This document shows positions 41,801-56,014 of a DNA stretch of 64,000 nucleotides, one piece after another (positions within the stretch are counted from its first letter, which is position 1; each line of letters opens with the position of its first letter). Position numbers and translations under genes: made by a program. The DNA is from the human T2T-CHM13v2.0 reference genome, Homo sapiens. Location of the stretch: the NCBI RefSeq assembly GCF_009914755.1, contig NC_060926.1. One strand, given 5' to 3'. A model generated the notes under the pieces. It saw nothing but the letters and a program-made list of their open reading frames with translations, was not told the DNA's origin and ran no database searches.

Positions 41801-42735
41801 ACAGCCACCCGGTGATATTGCTCCTAATATTCACGGAAGAAGCGTAGGATATTACTTCCAAAATCGCAGGGAGTGTACACCTCTTCTGTGATATTGTTCC
41901 TGGTATCCCGAGGGGGAGAGGATGATAATAATTCCAGTATCGCAGGCTGTGATCACCCACCCTGTGATATTGTTATTAACATCCTGAAAGGGAGAGGATG
42001 ATATTACTCCCCGTAATAGATAGATATTACTCCCCATAACAGCGCAGGAGGTGTACACCCACCCTGTGATATTGTTCCTAATATTCAGAGGCCGAGAGGT
42101 CGATATTACTCTCAATATGGCAGGAAGTGTACACCCCCGTGTGAGATGGTCCTTAATAATATTCCAAGGCGGAGGGGGAGATATTACTCCCAATATCGCA
42201 GAAAGTGTACCCCCCCAGGGATATTGTTCTCATGATCCTGGAGGGAAGAGGATGATATTAGTTTAAATATGACAGAAGGTGTACACGCCCCCACTGATAC
42301 TGTTTCTAATTTCAGTGTGGGAGAGGAGGATATGACACCCAATATCGCAGGGAGTAGAAACACACCTGTGATACGGTTCTTAATATTCAGGGTGGAAGAG
42401 GATGATATTACTCCCAATACAGACGGGTGTACAACCTCTGCACACCGAGGGTGTACACCCATCTGTCAAACAGCACATAATTTCCAGAGGGGGAGATATT
42501 ACCCCCAATATAGTAAACAGGCTGTGAGTCCACCGTGGATCGTAATCACTCGCGGGGGAGAGGAGGTGGCTCTTACTCCCCATATCGCGGGGGGTGCCTC
42601 CACCCCTTCCGATGGGGGTCCCAAGACCCAGGGAGGGGAGAGGGGCTGGCTCTCAGTCTCCGCCTCGCGAGGTACCTCCCCACCTTGCGATCGGGGTCCC
42701 AAGAGCCAGGGGGGAAGAGGGGCTGGCTCTCTTTG
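38850..42735. repeat. SATR1/SATR2-type satellite (~75-bp unit) in inverted arms around an AT-rich core
   Basis: Unit ~GATATTAGGAACAATATCACAGGGGGTGTACACCCCCTGCGATATTGGGAGTAATATCATCCTCTCCCCCCTG; ~30 units at 38950-41228, AT core at 41229-41625, ~15 reverse-complement units at 41626-42735; family name from recall. Confidence 0.85.
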
Positions 42736-42764
42736 TGGATGATTCTTTTTCCATTCTCAGGCAG

Positions 42765-43064
42765 TTTTCTTTTTTCTTTCTTTTTTTTTTTTTGGAGGCT
42801 GAGTCTTGCTCTGTTGCCCATGCTTTGCTGGATCTCGGGTGACTGCAACCACTGCCTCCCAGGTTCAAGAGATTCTCCTGCCTCAGCCTCCTGAGTAGCT
42901 GGGACTAGAGGCGTGTGTCACCACACCCAGCTAAGTTTTGTATTTTTAGTAGAGATGGGGTTTCACCATGTTTGCCAGGATGGTCTCTATCTCCTGACCT
43001 TGTGATCCACCCACCTCAGCCTCCCAAAGTGCTGGGATTGCAGGTGGGAGCCACCGGGTCCAGC
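42765..43064 (-). mobile_element. Alu (AluS-like)
   Basis: Antisense Alu abutting the end of the satellite. Confidence 0.88.
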
Positions 43065-44364
43065 CTCTCCGGCGATTTTCATACCTGCATACTCTGATCA
43101 CTACTCTGTTAAACAGTCAAGGAGGGTAAGTATTATCTTCAGATTTCCAGAGCTCTGTCTCTGTACAGCCCTCTCCTCCTCAATATTCTGCCCTATGAAT
43201 TCTAGCCACATTGGCCTTCCCAGACTCACAGTTCTGTCTTCTCAACTCAGGAAGATCTCTGAGCTCCATCTGCATTCTTTCTTCCTGTGCTGTGGCCTGG
43301 AAAGTTTTCTAAGGTGTTTGGGAGGTCAATTGTGGGGCTAGCCTCATTTGTTTCTCATCTCTTGAGGATCACTGCCCTTTGATGCTTGATTCCAGTGATT
43401 GATTCCCTTTGTTGCTTGAGGGCCATAGTTTCATATATTTTGTCCAGTATTTTTGTTGTTTTAGGTCAGAAAGTAATTTTGGTCTCTGTTACTCCATCTT
43501 GGCCAGAAGTGTAAGACCTAAGCATTTACACATCAAAATACTGCACACATAATTTTAGTTTAAGCTACCTTTAAAAAAATCTGCTTCATTTTCCATTAAG
43601 CATTCTATTTAGGGTATTACATTGGTTTTTTTGAAATTCTGTTATTGGCAGTTTCTATTGCCTATCAATCCCATTTAAAGATAGTGCATAGGGTATTCTA
43701 AAATAGCTGTTAAGCAAAGAGAAAATTGGGCCTGATAGGGTGAGAATCACAGCTCTAATACCTAGAGTGACCTTATAATGTATTGTCCAAAGGAGATATT
43801 TTTGACAGTGAAAGAGGGTGTTGTTAGTAATTATATCAGGACCATGGCCTAAACCAGGACTATCCCAGGCAGCCTGGGACATATTTGTACCCCATCTCTA
43901 TTTAATGCCTTTATACAATTCTTTACTTAATTCTACCAGCCTTTATTGAGCCTGCTTTCTTTGTCTAGCTGAGTGCCACGTGCTGACGTCACTAAGATCA
44001 ATACAGCAAACTCTGAAAGATGGACAGAGAGACAGGAGATGGTCCTTTATAATGCAGTGTGATCTGTGCTGCAATAGAGGTGAGCACAGGGGCCTTACGA
44101 AGGCTCAGTGAAGAGCATGCTTGACTGCAGGGGAGGGTGCTTAGGTTAGAAAAGATGAGTCGAAGTATGTTCATAGGGAGCATGGGATGAGAGGTGGTGG
44201 GAAAGGTATTCCAGACAGTGTGTGTCAAGGCCAAGAGCCAGGGGAACACAGGTAGGGCTTTTTTTTTTTCTTCTAAGATGGAAGAGTGTTCTGATCAGCT
44301 GGAAAACAACGCACATGGGAAGCTGTACAGAAATGAGTGGGGAAAGGTAATACTTAACAGCAAC

Positions 44365-44595
44365 AACAGTTAATATTTAGTGCCCACTTACGACATGCTG
44401 GACACAGTTCCGGGTGCTCTGAACATATTCGCTCATTTAATCTTTACAACAACCCTATGAGGTAGGTACTATGATTATCCCCATTTTCAGGTGAGGAATC
44501 TGAGGCACAGAGAGAGTAAGTATGTTGCCCAGGGCCACGCACCAAGTATGTGGTAGGTCCTGGAGTTGAATGCAGAGCCCCTCCACTCTAAACTC
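44365..44595 (-). mobile_element. MIR (among L2 fragments)
   Basis: CTCATTTAATC...AACCCTATGAGGTAGGTACT...CCCATTTTCAGGTGAGGAA..TGAGGCACAGAG. Confidence 0.8.
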
Positions 44596-45430
44596 CTGAA
44601 AGCCAGATGCTACAAGGCGTTGTTATTCCAAGTGGAGGAATGCTAAGGGCATCATCCTGCAGGTGACCAGGAAACCCTGAAGCATTCGAAGCAGGGGAAT
44701 GGCTTAAAACAAGGTGGTATAAGAAAGTGCTCCCAGAGCAGCATGAAAGTCTGGTGTAGTGGAGGTCTCCGCTAGCCACAAGAGGTGGTAAGAGGCTGAG
44801 CTGAAGCAGCTGCAGCAGGGATGCAGAGGATACATTCCCCAAACCATAATGGGCAGAGTCCTTTGGCTTCAGTGACCACAGCCAAGGGTGCAGAGGAGAA
44901 GCCCAAGAAGATGCCAGGTGTCTGGCTTATGCCCCTGTGTGAACGTGAAGCCTCTCATTGACATGCAGGTTACAGGAGGAAAAGCAGGTTTATTTGGGAA
45001 GGAGGCTTCTAGACCATGACTTCCATTTTAGCCATGTAGTTTTTGAAGTGCTTGTACAAGTTCTAGGTGGAAATGTCCAGGAGGCAGTGGGGAACTCAAA
45101 GTAGATCTCAGGAGAGAGGCTTAGGCCAGAGGGCTTGGGGAATCATCAGCATGGGGGTGGGAGGAGAGCTGGTATTTGGATGAGATTGCAGTGGAGCATG
45201 AACAGAGTGGGAAAAGGTGGTGATGAACCCAGGGACTCCAGTATGCGGTAGCTGGCTGTGAGATTAGGAAGCAATGAAGGAGGCCGAGAAGGATGTCGGG
45301 GAGAAGCATCAATAAGGAATAAATGAGTTGCACGTGCTCCAGAGAGGCCAAATAAAGACTGGATTTGGCTCTCGCGGGTCATACACGAAAGAATCTTGGA
45401 ACCAAAAGGAAAACGGTGGTGGTTTCAAGG

Positions 45431-45881
45431 GTATATTCTGTTTCTAGGTCTGCTGTCACAAAATACCAGAAACTGGGTGTCTTGTTAAAACAACAGACAT
45501 TTTTTCTCTCACAGTTTTGGAAGCTAGAAGTTCAAAACGAGGTGTTGGCAGCACCATGCTCTCTCTGAAGATGCTAGGAAGAATCTGCTCCATGCCTTTC
45601 CATTCGCTCCTGGGGTTTCCTGCAAGCCCTGACATTCCTTGGCTTGTAGATACACCACCCCAGTTTCCGCCCCCATCATCACATGGCCTCCTCTCTGTGG
45701 GTGCCTCTGCGTTCCCTCTATTCTTCTTCTAAGGACACCGACACCAGTCATAGTGGATTAAGGGTCCACTCCTAACTAATTACATCTGCAACCACCCTAT
45801 TTCCAAATAAAGTCACATTCTAAGATTCCTAGGGAGAACATGAAGTTTTGGGGGTGTGTGGATACTGTTCAACCTGGGACA
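45431..45881 (-). mobile_element. MaLR LTR (MLT1C-like)
   Basis: ACAAAATACCA.AAACTGGGTG...CTCACAGTT.TGGA.GCTAGAAGT...CCCTATTTCCAAATAA motifs. Confidence 0.8.
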
Positions 45882-47253
45882 TGGAGTAAATAAATGGCAA
45901 GAAAGATTACAGATGACTTTAAGCTAAAGAGGGAGATAGGGTTAAATGTAGGACTTTTTTTTTTTTCCAGGACGGGAGAGGTTTAAACATGTTACTACAT
46001 TGAATAAATGAAATAACCATGGACATGGAGTGGCTAAAGATTCTGAACTAAGTGCAAATAGTTGATAGCGCAAGCTCCCAAGGGGCTGGGGCCTGGAGCG
46101 CAGATGGATGGATCCACTGTGGGCAGAACTGGGCCGTGGGAGGGGTGTGCCGATGCAGATGTGTTTGAGTGTGGGGGGCCAGAAGCTGACTGGGGCGAAG
46201 CGTGACAGTGCAGCTCCAAGCACGCTGGAGGTGTTCACCAAGCAACTCAAGAGCAGATGGCAGAACGAGCAGCTGAAATAACAGCTTGTGAAATCAACCC
46301 TACTTTGTGGGGAGAGGATTGGTTAAGGATTCTAGCCATGAGAACCAAGAAGAGGAGGATAATCTGTTCATGCCTATTATGGGGCTTTGGGGGAGCAGTT
46401 TCAGCCTCAACCTGGAGAATGTTTTAGAAGGCCAGAGAAAGGAACCCTGCAAATCATGTGAGCTGGCCCCTCACTTTCAGATGAAGTGTCCATACAGCAG
46501 TAACGCCACCCTCTGTAGTGGTTCTAGAGTGTGGCAATCTGGAGGGGTCATTATGGAAAAGGGCTGAAGCATAAGAATGTAGGCCCAATACTGAGATAGA
46601 AAGAGGATTCTCTGAGATGACTTAGGCAGGGTGATGGTGGTGGAGGTGGGTGTAAGAAGCCCTCTGCTGCCTCAGTCCGAGCATGGAGTTCAATTGGTCA
46701 AGAGCAGAGCCAATCACCATTTAGGCCCTCTTGTTAGCCTTAATTTATTCCTCGGGTATGGAGAAGACTCCTCAAGATGCATTCAGAGTGCAAGCTCCCT
46801 CTTCCGCAGCAGAGGACTGCCCTGCAGGTTTGCAGTTCTGTCATTTGGAAACTCCCTGATGTGTCCCTTGGCTCTTCCCATTCTTTTGCTTCAACACATT
46901 TTAAGACCAGGCACCTTAACTGCAGAAACAGCATGAAAAACAAGTAGGTTTCAGGAAAAATTATCCCAAGTGGAGTCTCTACTGTGCTCTGTTTATCAGA
47001 TGTAAAGCTTAAAACAGTGTAAGAGTTTTTACAGAGTGTATTCATATCACACCAGTTTTGGGTCCATAGACCGGGGCTTTTTCTAGATCAAACCGTTCAA
47101 TTGTCCTGTTGATCCTGGCCTACAATCTGAGTGGATAAAAAATATTTTAGGAGAGATGAGATTCTAACCCTCAATGGCAAAAAGCAGGGCTGAGCCCTAA
47201 GCCCACGTTTTTACACATATTTTACAATTGAATGTGTTGCACTACCGCTAGAA

Positions 47254-47768
47254 CACTAGTTCTCAACCAGGGGCGATTTTGCTTTCCAGGGGACATTGGC
47301 AATGTCTGGAGACATTTTTTTTTCCATTTTCAAAAATTGTGGCAAAGCACATAACATAAAATTAGCCATCTGAACCATTTTCATGTGTATAGTTCAGTGG
47401 CACTAAGCACCTTCACACTGATGTGCAACCATCACCACCATCCATCCATAGAACTCTTTTCATTTTGCAAAACTGTAACTCTGTACCCATTAAACACTAA
47501 CTCGCCATTTCTCTCTTCTCCCAGCCCCTGACAACCATCATTTGACTTTCTGTCTCCATGATTTTGACTACTCTAGGTACCTCAAATAAGTGGAATCATA
47601 CTGTTGAGGGATTTTTGATGGTCACAACTTGGGATGGGGTGCTGCTGGTGTCTAGTGGGTAAAGGCTAGGGAGGCCACTTAACATCCTGCAATGCACAGG
47701 ATGGTCCCCACAAGAAAGCAATAACTAACCCCAAACGTCAATCCTACCAAAATTGAGAAACTCTGAGC
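47254..47768. mobile_element. MER20 split by a nested old L1 3' fragment (~47316-47602)
   Basis: MER20 left half (GTTCTCAACCAGGGGCGATTTTGC..) resumes at ~47610 (GTCACAACT...GAGAAACTCTG). Confidence 0.75.
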
Positions 47769-48229
47769 TAGAAAAATCCCATGAGTAATCTTACACCATG
47801 GAGTATCAGTCAATAGAGACTAGTTATGTTGCAATAAGAAACCACCTCCAAATTTCTGTGGTTTAAAACAACTTATATTTTTGCTCTAACATGGAGCATC
47901 CTTAATCAGCAATCCAGGCTGGTGGGAGTTCCATCCTGACCTGGGCTTCTACGATGACTGAAGCAGAAAAAGGATCAGTGATAAATTGTGCACTGGCTTT
48001 TAAAGCTCCCATTGGAAGTGTCCAGGTCATTTTCGGTCACACTTTCTTGGCCAGATCAAATCACAGGTCCACATCTCACTTCAAAGGGAGGAAGGAAGTG
48101 CATTTTTACTCTGAGGAAATACAACCACCACACCTAGCAATTAAAAATAAACCTCATAGTGTTATCACCTGCTTGAAGTGCTGATATCAGAGCAAGCCTA
48201 CCAGTAGGAGTGGTGCAGGCTGCAGGTTT

Positions 48230-48552
48230 TTGGTTTGGTTTTCTTTTGTTTTGTTTTGTTTTTGGAGACTGCACTCCAGCCTTAGTCTGTCATGCAGGCT
48301 GGAGTACAGTGGTGTCATCACAGCTTATTGCAGCCTTGACCTCCCCACACAAGCGATCCTCCCACTTCAGCCTCCTGAATAGTTGAGACTACAGGCCCGT
48401 GCCACCACGCCTGGTTAATTTTTTGTATTTTTTTGTAGAGATGGGGTTTCACTATGTTGCCTAGACTGGTCTTGAACTCCTGGATGCAAGTGATCCACTT
48501 GCCTCGGCCTCCCAAAGTGCTGGGATTACAGGCGTGAGCCACCATGCCTGGC
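48230..48552 (-). mobile_element. Alu (AluJ-like) with an internal inverted segment
   Basis: Antisense Alu; see finding at 48268-48310. Confidence 0.88.
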
Positions 48553-49330
48553 CTAGAAGCTCATTCTTATTGGCCAGAAGCTAGAGAGTGATCTAAAGAC
48601 TCCAAGCCAGGCCAGACTGGTTTCAAGCCTTAGGGCTAGTGTATTAATGAATGAGGTTCGAGCTTCTATGGCATGGGAACTGAGGGGCACCACAACACTC
48701 AGCTTACTCAAGGGACCAATTCTAGCAGCCTTCGAAGGAGTCTGAAAAAGGTAGCCTTGAATTAGTTTCCGGGTGAAAAATATTTGTCCCAATTGAAGCA
48801 AGTACTACTAGTGACTGCCTCTGCTATGGAAGCAGGGGTTACCTGCTTACCTGTGAGCAATAGGATTTCTTGGGGTTGATTTTGCAGGAACATGTACCTC
48901 CATGTGGCCAAACAAGCAGGCTTGCTTAGATTTGCACCACAGGATATTAAAGTGGAAAGGAATCTTAAACATCTAATTGAGGGATGGCAAATTGGGTTCA
49001 TTGTAAGGGTCACCTCTGACCCTTTGGTTGTGGCTGCTAGGAGCACTGGGTGGGAAGAATTCCGTAGTTTTTTCCAGAGAGAGACAGCCATGCTTCATTA
49101 GAGAGTCTAGTGGGCATGGAAGGGAGGGGGTGAGTTGTTGTGCCTGTAACAGGATTTTGCCATCCCTAGTTCTAATCCAACACTTTGAGAGCTGAGGCTC
49201 AGCTCCACGAGTGATTTATAGAGGTCCTTCCTTTATTGCTTTTATGTCACCACATCTAGAATTAGGTCTTCTGCTTCCAAGAAAGTCAGCTGCCTCATTA
49301 CCATGTAGCATAGTTAGATTCCCCATTTCA

Positions 49331-49651
<321 letters not shown>

Positions 49652-50827
49652 TTAGCACTGAACTAGGAGCCGAACATAGAGCAGTGAATGAATAGGCCAA
49701 GTCCCTGCTCTTCTTGGCCTTACATTTTGGGGGAGGAGACAGATTAGTAATTATTAGGAGAATTATTAGTAATTATTAGGAGAAAGCAGGAAATTTCTGC
49801 TTTCATGGGTGGGATACCAGAAGGTAAATCATTATGAAAGGATATTGTGGGACAAGTTTCTATAGCATAGATGTATTTTAGGATGATTGGGGCTGTGTGT
49901 TGTGAGCACGGGATCTCTGAGGCAGTCAAAGGGCACCAGGAACCTCATCTCTTAAGACGTGCATGCACCGTAGGCTGCCGTTTGTGTCCCTCACTCTGGC
50001 CAAGCTCCCTTCTTCATCATGGCCTTTGCACTTGCTGTTCTCTGTCTGGGGAAGAATGCTCTTTCCCTAGAGATCCAAATGGCTCACTCCTTCAGTGTCT
50101 TCAAATCTCTGTCAAATATCACCTAAACAGAGAGGCTTTCCCTGGCCTCTAGAGGACAAAGTAGCACATTTTCTCACCCACTTACCCTGCTCATCCTTCT
50201 TTATAGCACCCCTCACCACCTGCTGTATTATTTGTTTATCATTCAGCTTTCTCTCTAAAATGGAAGATCTATGAGAACAAGAACCTGTCTGCTCATTGAG
50301 GTGTTCCTCTAGAAAAATGTCTGGCCCATAGCAGGTGCTTAATCAACAATTTGTGAAGGAAAAGTGGAGGAAAAAAAGATAGGAGAAAGCAAACTCATGA
50401 AGAAGAGTGCTTGGGTGGGGTGGGAGGAGAAGAGGGCAATGGATCCAGGCCCTACAGGGATTCACTGTTCAAGCAGAAAGTCCAGGGAAAGCCACATGGC
50501 CTCCTTCAATCGGATGAGCTGGAGCTGCTGACATCCCCTGCAACCTGGGAGCCAGTGCATGCAATGCTCCAGCTGGGTCTAAGGACAGAAGGAGGCTAAT
50601 GAACAGCCACCTTCGGAGCAACAGGGTCACTTCAGTCCTCCCTGTTTACTTCCAAGCTGCTGAGAGTCTTATGCACATTTCCTCTTCTCACTTGCCTCTT
50701 CACATCCCTAGCTGCCGCAGGAATTTATGGCTTAATTAAAGTGGGAAGCAGGGTTTATACATGTTTATATAAAGTTATATTTTCCTCCACCTCTTTGTTG
50801 GAAGAAAACTCAAATGTTAAAATTCTT

Positions 50828-51053
<226 letters not shown>

Positions 51054-52892
51054 CTAGAAAGGACACTAGAGATAAATCTAGTTCATGCTCCTTGTTTTCT
51101 ATGGGAGGACACTGAGGTCCAGGGTCACACAACTCACAAATGGCCAGCCGACGGAAACCCTGTAAGAGGCAGAGTGTGAGGAAAAGGAAGGCACTTGTGA
51201 TAACCCCACTGGTGGGCAGGAGCTAAGCCTCCATAGGTGGGGAAGGGAATTAACCCCAGGACACAGGCTCCAGTCTGGGGGCTTGAGATGCTCAGGGGAC
51301 ACCAGTTAGAACTAAGGCAGGAGGCCAAGGCAGAAGCTGTGCTCCTCTGCCTGGATGTATGAGGGCAGCAGAGGAAGAAGAGTTGGCAAAGCAGCCCAGA
51401 AACACATGAAGAGGAGGAGTGAATGTAAGTAGAGCATGCCAGAGATGGCAGATCAAGGCAGGGAGTTAAATTGAAGGAGGCGGCGGCCGCGGCCAAGGGT
51501 GCACAGTGATTCAAAGTTACAGTTGGTTATGGGCTGAGGAAACAGCTTTCTGTTTCACTGCTGTGAGAGGCAACCAGGTTGCAAGGAAAGGAGGCGAAGA
51601 GGGAGGCGTTAACATGGAGGAGTGAATGTAGACAGAACCTTCCAGATGTTGGCTGAAGATAGAAAGGAGAGGGAGGAGGGGTTGTGGAGGGAGAAAGAAG
51701 TTAAAGAGTATTTTTTTATATGGGGAGATATGGGAGTTTTGGGTTTTATTTTTGGCTTGTGAGAATGAGCTAATCTTGTATAAAGGGATTAAAGATTTTT
51801 TAAAAAATTTATCTCTGAGCCTTAGGTCTTTCAACTTTAAAACGAAGATAAAAAATCTATGTCTTTGGCTTATGAGGATTAAAATGTGAAAACACATTAC
51901 TCCAGTTCCTGGCACATTATAAACACATAATACATGGTAGCTATTTTAAATATTTTATTATAAACTTATGTAGTGCTCATCTGGAGGCCTAGGAAAGTGT
52001 TATTGAAAGTATTTTAAATCTTAGTATCTTATATTTATCATTTATAGGGTATAGTAGATTAAGAAATACTTCACGTATTTTGAAAGATTGGGCTGGAAAC
52101 ATACCCGAAGAAGCATTCTTTTTATTTCTCATGTACATGTGGACATTATACATTTTAATTAAGTGTTATTATATGAGCCAAATTCCCTCCTCATGGGTGT
52201 TAGTAGGAGTTGACCTCGAAGAAGGGAGGATTTGGTTGTGGATTTATGACTCACATCTGCGAAAGGAGTAAGGGCGAATAAGAACAGGAAACTCTCTGAT
52301 AAGCAATTTTACTATGTTTTCATTTTTATCTGAAACTCTGTAATCCAAGACTGGGGTAACTTTTCATATTTTTTAAAAATACTTTTTTATAGGCTGGAGT
52401 GATCTTGTGTAAGCAAGGATAAATCATAGACGTTAGAGAGATGTTTGTCTCTGTGCTGTTTGGTGCAAATTCCATGAAAAAGAGCCAAGGCAGGGGGTGG
52501 GGGTGGTTGTCAGGAAACCAAGGGATGAGATGTTTTTCTTTTTCAAAGATGACACCTGTGATGCCAACTAGTGAGCATGGGCGAACAGAGCGGAAAGGAA
52601 TTCGTTACAGTCCTAAAGAGGGATAAATGCATCTGGTGTCAGATTAACTCCAGCGAACAGCCTCACTCAGTCCTAAATACTGACTCAAAAGCATGTTGAT
52701 TTCAGTGTGAGAAACAGATGTGTAAAGGTGACTTCTCATGAGGTCAAATATAAAGCAACATGCCTAGGTCTTAAAATCATGATGTTGAGTGCAACTATAA
52801 GAAAAAAATGGGCTTACTGATATAATGTTATTATGTAATTTAAAGCCACATTTGTATATCAAACAACCTTGCCTATTTCTACAGAGATAGTT

Positions 52893-53200
<308 letters not shown>

Positions 53201-53583
53201 AAGATATAAAGTTTAAGGACACATATCAAACATACTAGAGAGGTTGCTGATGGGATAGGGAGGATGAGTGTGAGCATCACAGACGAGGGAAAAAGCAAAA
53301 TGAGACAGCGGCTTTGCCCAGATGGACAATGAAAATGTGCTATGAGTTAAAGAGCATGATTTTTAAAAGGAGAGAAATCTTTTAGTCATTGGTCTTCTCT
53401 TTGTTCTGGCTTAATGAATCTGCTGCAAAGGCAAATAGCTTTCAGGCAAACTTGCTGTCCTAGTGGTAAGATTGGCTTCAAGGACTCCTCGAGCGGTTTG
53501 GGATGGCTTCCTGAGGGTGACAAAGAGGAGCTGTGTTTTCAGCCAAATATCCGAACCAGGACCACTGCCTGCCGCCACGCCCC

Positions 53584-53693
53584 AGCGGGCACCCCTGCTT
53601 TGTGTTTATCTGTGGTGGCTCCGCTCGCCCACCTGGGTAGCGGGCACCCCTACTTTGTGTTTATCTGTGGTGGCTCCGCTCGCCCACCTGGGT
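53584..53693. repeat. 55-bp tandem duplication (1 mismatch)
   Basis: AGCGGGCACCCCT(G/A)CTTTGTGTTTATCTGTGGTGGCTCCGCTCGCCCACCTGGGT twice. Confidence 0.97.
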
Positions 53694-53869
53694 GGGAACC
53701 CCGAGAATAACTCCAGACTTTTCCAGGGACTGCATGCCAGGGTATTTTTACAATTTATGTGTAGACTTTGTTCGGGTGGAAAAGTTATTTTATGAAGACG
53801 AAACAAGCAATTGGGTTACCTACCTTATGGCATTTTTTACCTTGAGAGTGTTAAAAATACCCCTCCCCT

Positions 53870-54272
53870 AACCAAAACCCTGACAAATAGAGCCAGGGAA
53901 GGCCATGCAAAAAAGGATTCTTGGGCTTGTATGCCTGATAACAAAAAATTATCACAGAAGACTGCAAAAAACACAATCTTGCACAAAGCCCATTGCAACT
54001 TTGCACACAACAATGCTTCTGAAGGATATTTGCCCAACAACTGCCTGTCCAACCTGGGCCTGGCCTCACCTTTGTTATTGATCTTTGTAGCCAAGGATAA
54101 TCATTTCCAAATGATCATATAATCTTCCTCATTTTTTCTTTTGTCTTCCTTTACCTCCGTGAATATGCATATAGTTTACTCTGGCTTGCCTATTTCTATT
54201 GCAAGGCTCTGTTTCCAAACGAATATCTTTTTCTTGTGGAGAGCCTCTCTCTGTTTGTTATTTAGGGTGACA
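53870..54272 (+). mobile_element. ERV1-class LTR (MER65-like)
   Basis: AAAACCCTGACAAATAGAGCCAGGGAAGGCCATG..., ending TTTAGGGTGACA. Confidence 0.6.
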
Positions 54273-54429
54273 AGAGAAATGTGAACATTTGAGAGCTCAG
54301 GTAAAAGGCCTTAGTCTATAGTGAAACTTTTTTGCACCCTTAGATGCTTACTTCCACTACAACTTGCAGGTGGGCCTTGAAAAGTTCTTGGAATAAGTTT
54401 GAGCTTCGATCTTGTCCGGTTCATTTAGC

Positions 54430-55275
54430 ATAGATTCTCAAAATGTGGTCCCTGGACCCACAGCATTAGCATCGCCTGGAGATTGTTAGAAATGCAAATC
54501 ATCGGGCCTCATTCCAGACCCTCAGCTGGAAACTCTAGGGGCATGGCCAGACCCTCTGTAGCTGAACAAGCCATCCAGGTGGTTTTGATGCAGCTAAAGT
54601 TCTGGAACAACTAATGTAGCCCCATTTGGAAAACTTGGCTGTACAGGCCTCCCTAGCTGGTAAGCTGCTAGCATTTTTTGTTTGTTTGTTTGTTTGTTTT
54701 GATACAGGGTCTTGCTCTGTTGACCAGACCGTGACCTCCTGGGTTCAAGCGAGGACTCAGCCTCCTGAGTAGCCGGGACTACAGGTATGTGCCACCACCA
54801 TGCCCAACTACTTTTTGTATTTTTTTTTTGTAGGGATGGGGTTTTAGCCCGGGCTAGTCTCAAACTCCTGGACTCAAGCAATCTGCCCACTTTGGCCTCA
54901 CGAAGTGCTGGGATTATAGGCATGAGCCACTGTGCCCGGCCCTGCCAGCTTTGTATAAGCTGAGGAGTTCTAAAAAATACCTAGACTCAGGGCAAACCCC
55001 AGACACTTAAATCAGATTCTCTGGGAGGTGAAGCCCAGGCACTGGTATTTTTAAAGTCTCTACAGATGGTTCTAATGTGCTGCTAAGTTAGAGAACTGCT
55101 GATCTAGACCAGGCCTTTTCAAACTTAATGTGCACGTGAATTACCTGGACCTTGTTAAAATGCAGATTCAGTCTGCATAGGCCTGGGGTGGAGCCTGAGC
55201 TTCTGCATTTTTAACAAGTCTCTAGAGGATGCTGCTACATCTGGGCTGCTAACTACACTTGGAGATAGGAAGTTC
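54430..55275. mobile_element. Cluster of MER5 (hAT-Charlie) fragments with an antisense Alu at ~54675-54941
   Basis: TTCTCAAAATGTGGTCC...TTGTTAGAAATGCAAAT motif recurs; Alu body clear. Confidence 0.7.
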
Positions 55276-56014
55276 TGGAGAGCAGAGGAAAGAGCATGAA
55301 CCATAACCTAGGGGCTGGTAGTCCTGACTTCCGAGCCAAGGTTTGCCTTTATGTGGCTGGCAACTTGCTTGGACTCCTACCTCAATTCTTTGGGCCCAAG
55401 GTTTGTCCTGCCTCAGAAGGATGTCAAGAAAATTGAGTGAGTAATGCAGAATTGTTTCTTAAAGTGTGTGCAGATGCTCCATGAATTTAGAGAGTATGTG
55501 GATGCACATTACTAAATTTTAATAGTTGTGAACATGTTGTTATGAGTACTTAGAACAAGTAATAATGGCTTTTGATGTATAGTAGTAAGAAAGCTTCCTT
55601 TTAAAAGACATGTATTTAAGTTTCAAAAGTGGGGCTATTTAAAAATATATGAAATAAATAATAGTAGAGGTAATTGACAGAGCAAAATTATGAAGGCAGG
55701 ATGAGAATGACTCAACTTTGGGAAATGCTGAGAAAGCAGATGCCCAAGGGCTATGAAAACTTAAAAAATAGGTAGCACTTGATTTTGATTGGCTGAATGA
55801 GATGATGTGTTTGATCATTTATGGGGTTGGCATTTGGCAACATGCACTGGGCGGCTGGGATCACTGTTTATTAAAAAATATTTGAGTATCTACTTTGCAC
55901 TAGATACTCTTTTAGTCTCTTGGAAAAGGGATTGGGGCAGGCAGGATAAAAACAAATCATTTATGCCCACAAGAAAATTGCAGGAAGATAAAAGTCATGA
56001 AATAAACTCTGTGC

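Noticed and set aside
38950-42735. CRISPR-like array of regularly spaced palindromic repeats
   Set aside because: The intervening segments are diverged copies of one consensus, not unique spacers; the context is primate and there are no cas genes
39002-42742. Many short ORFs with repeating ILGVISS/DIRNNITG peptides
   Set aside because: Translations of the satellite unit
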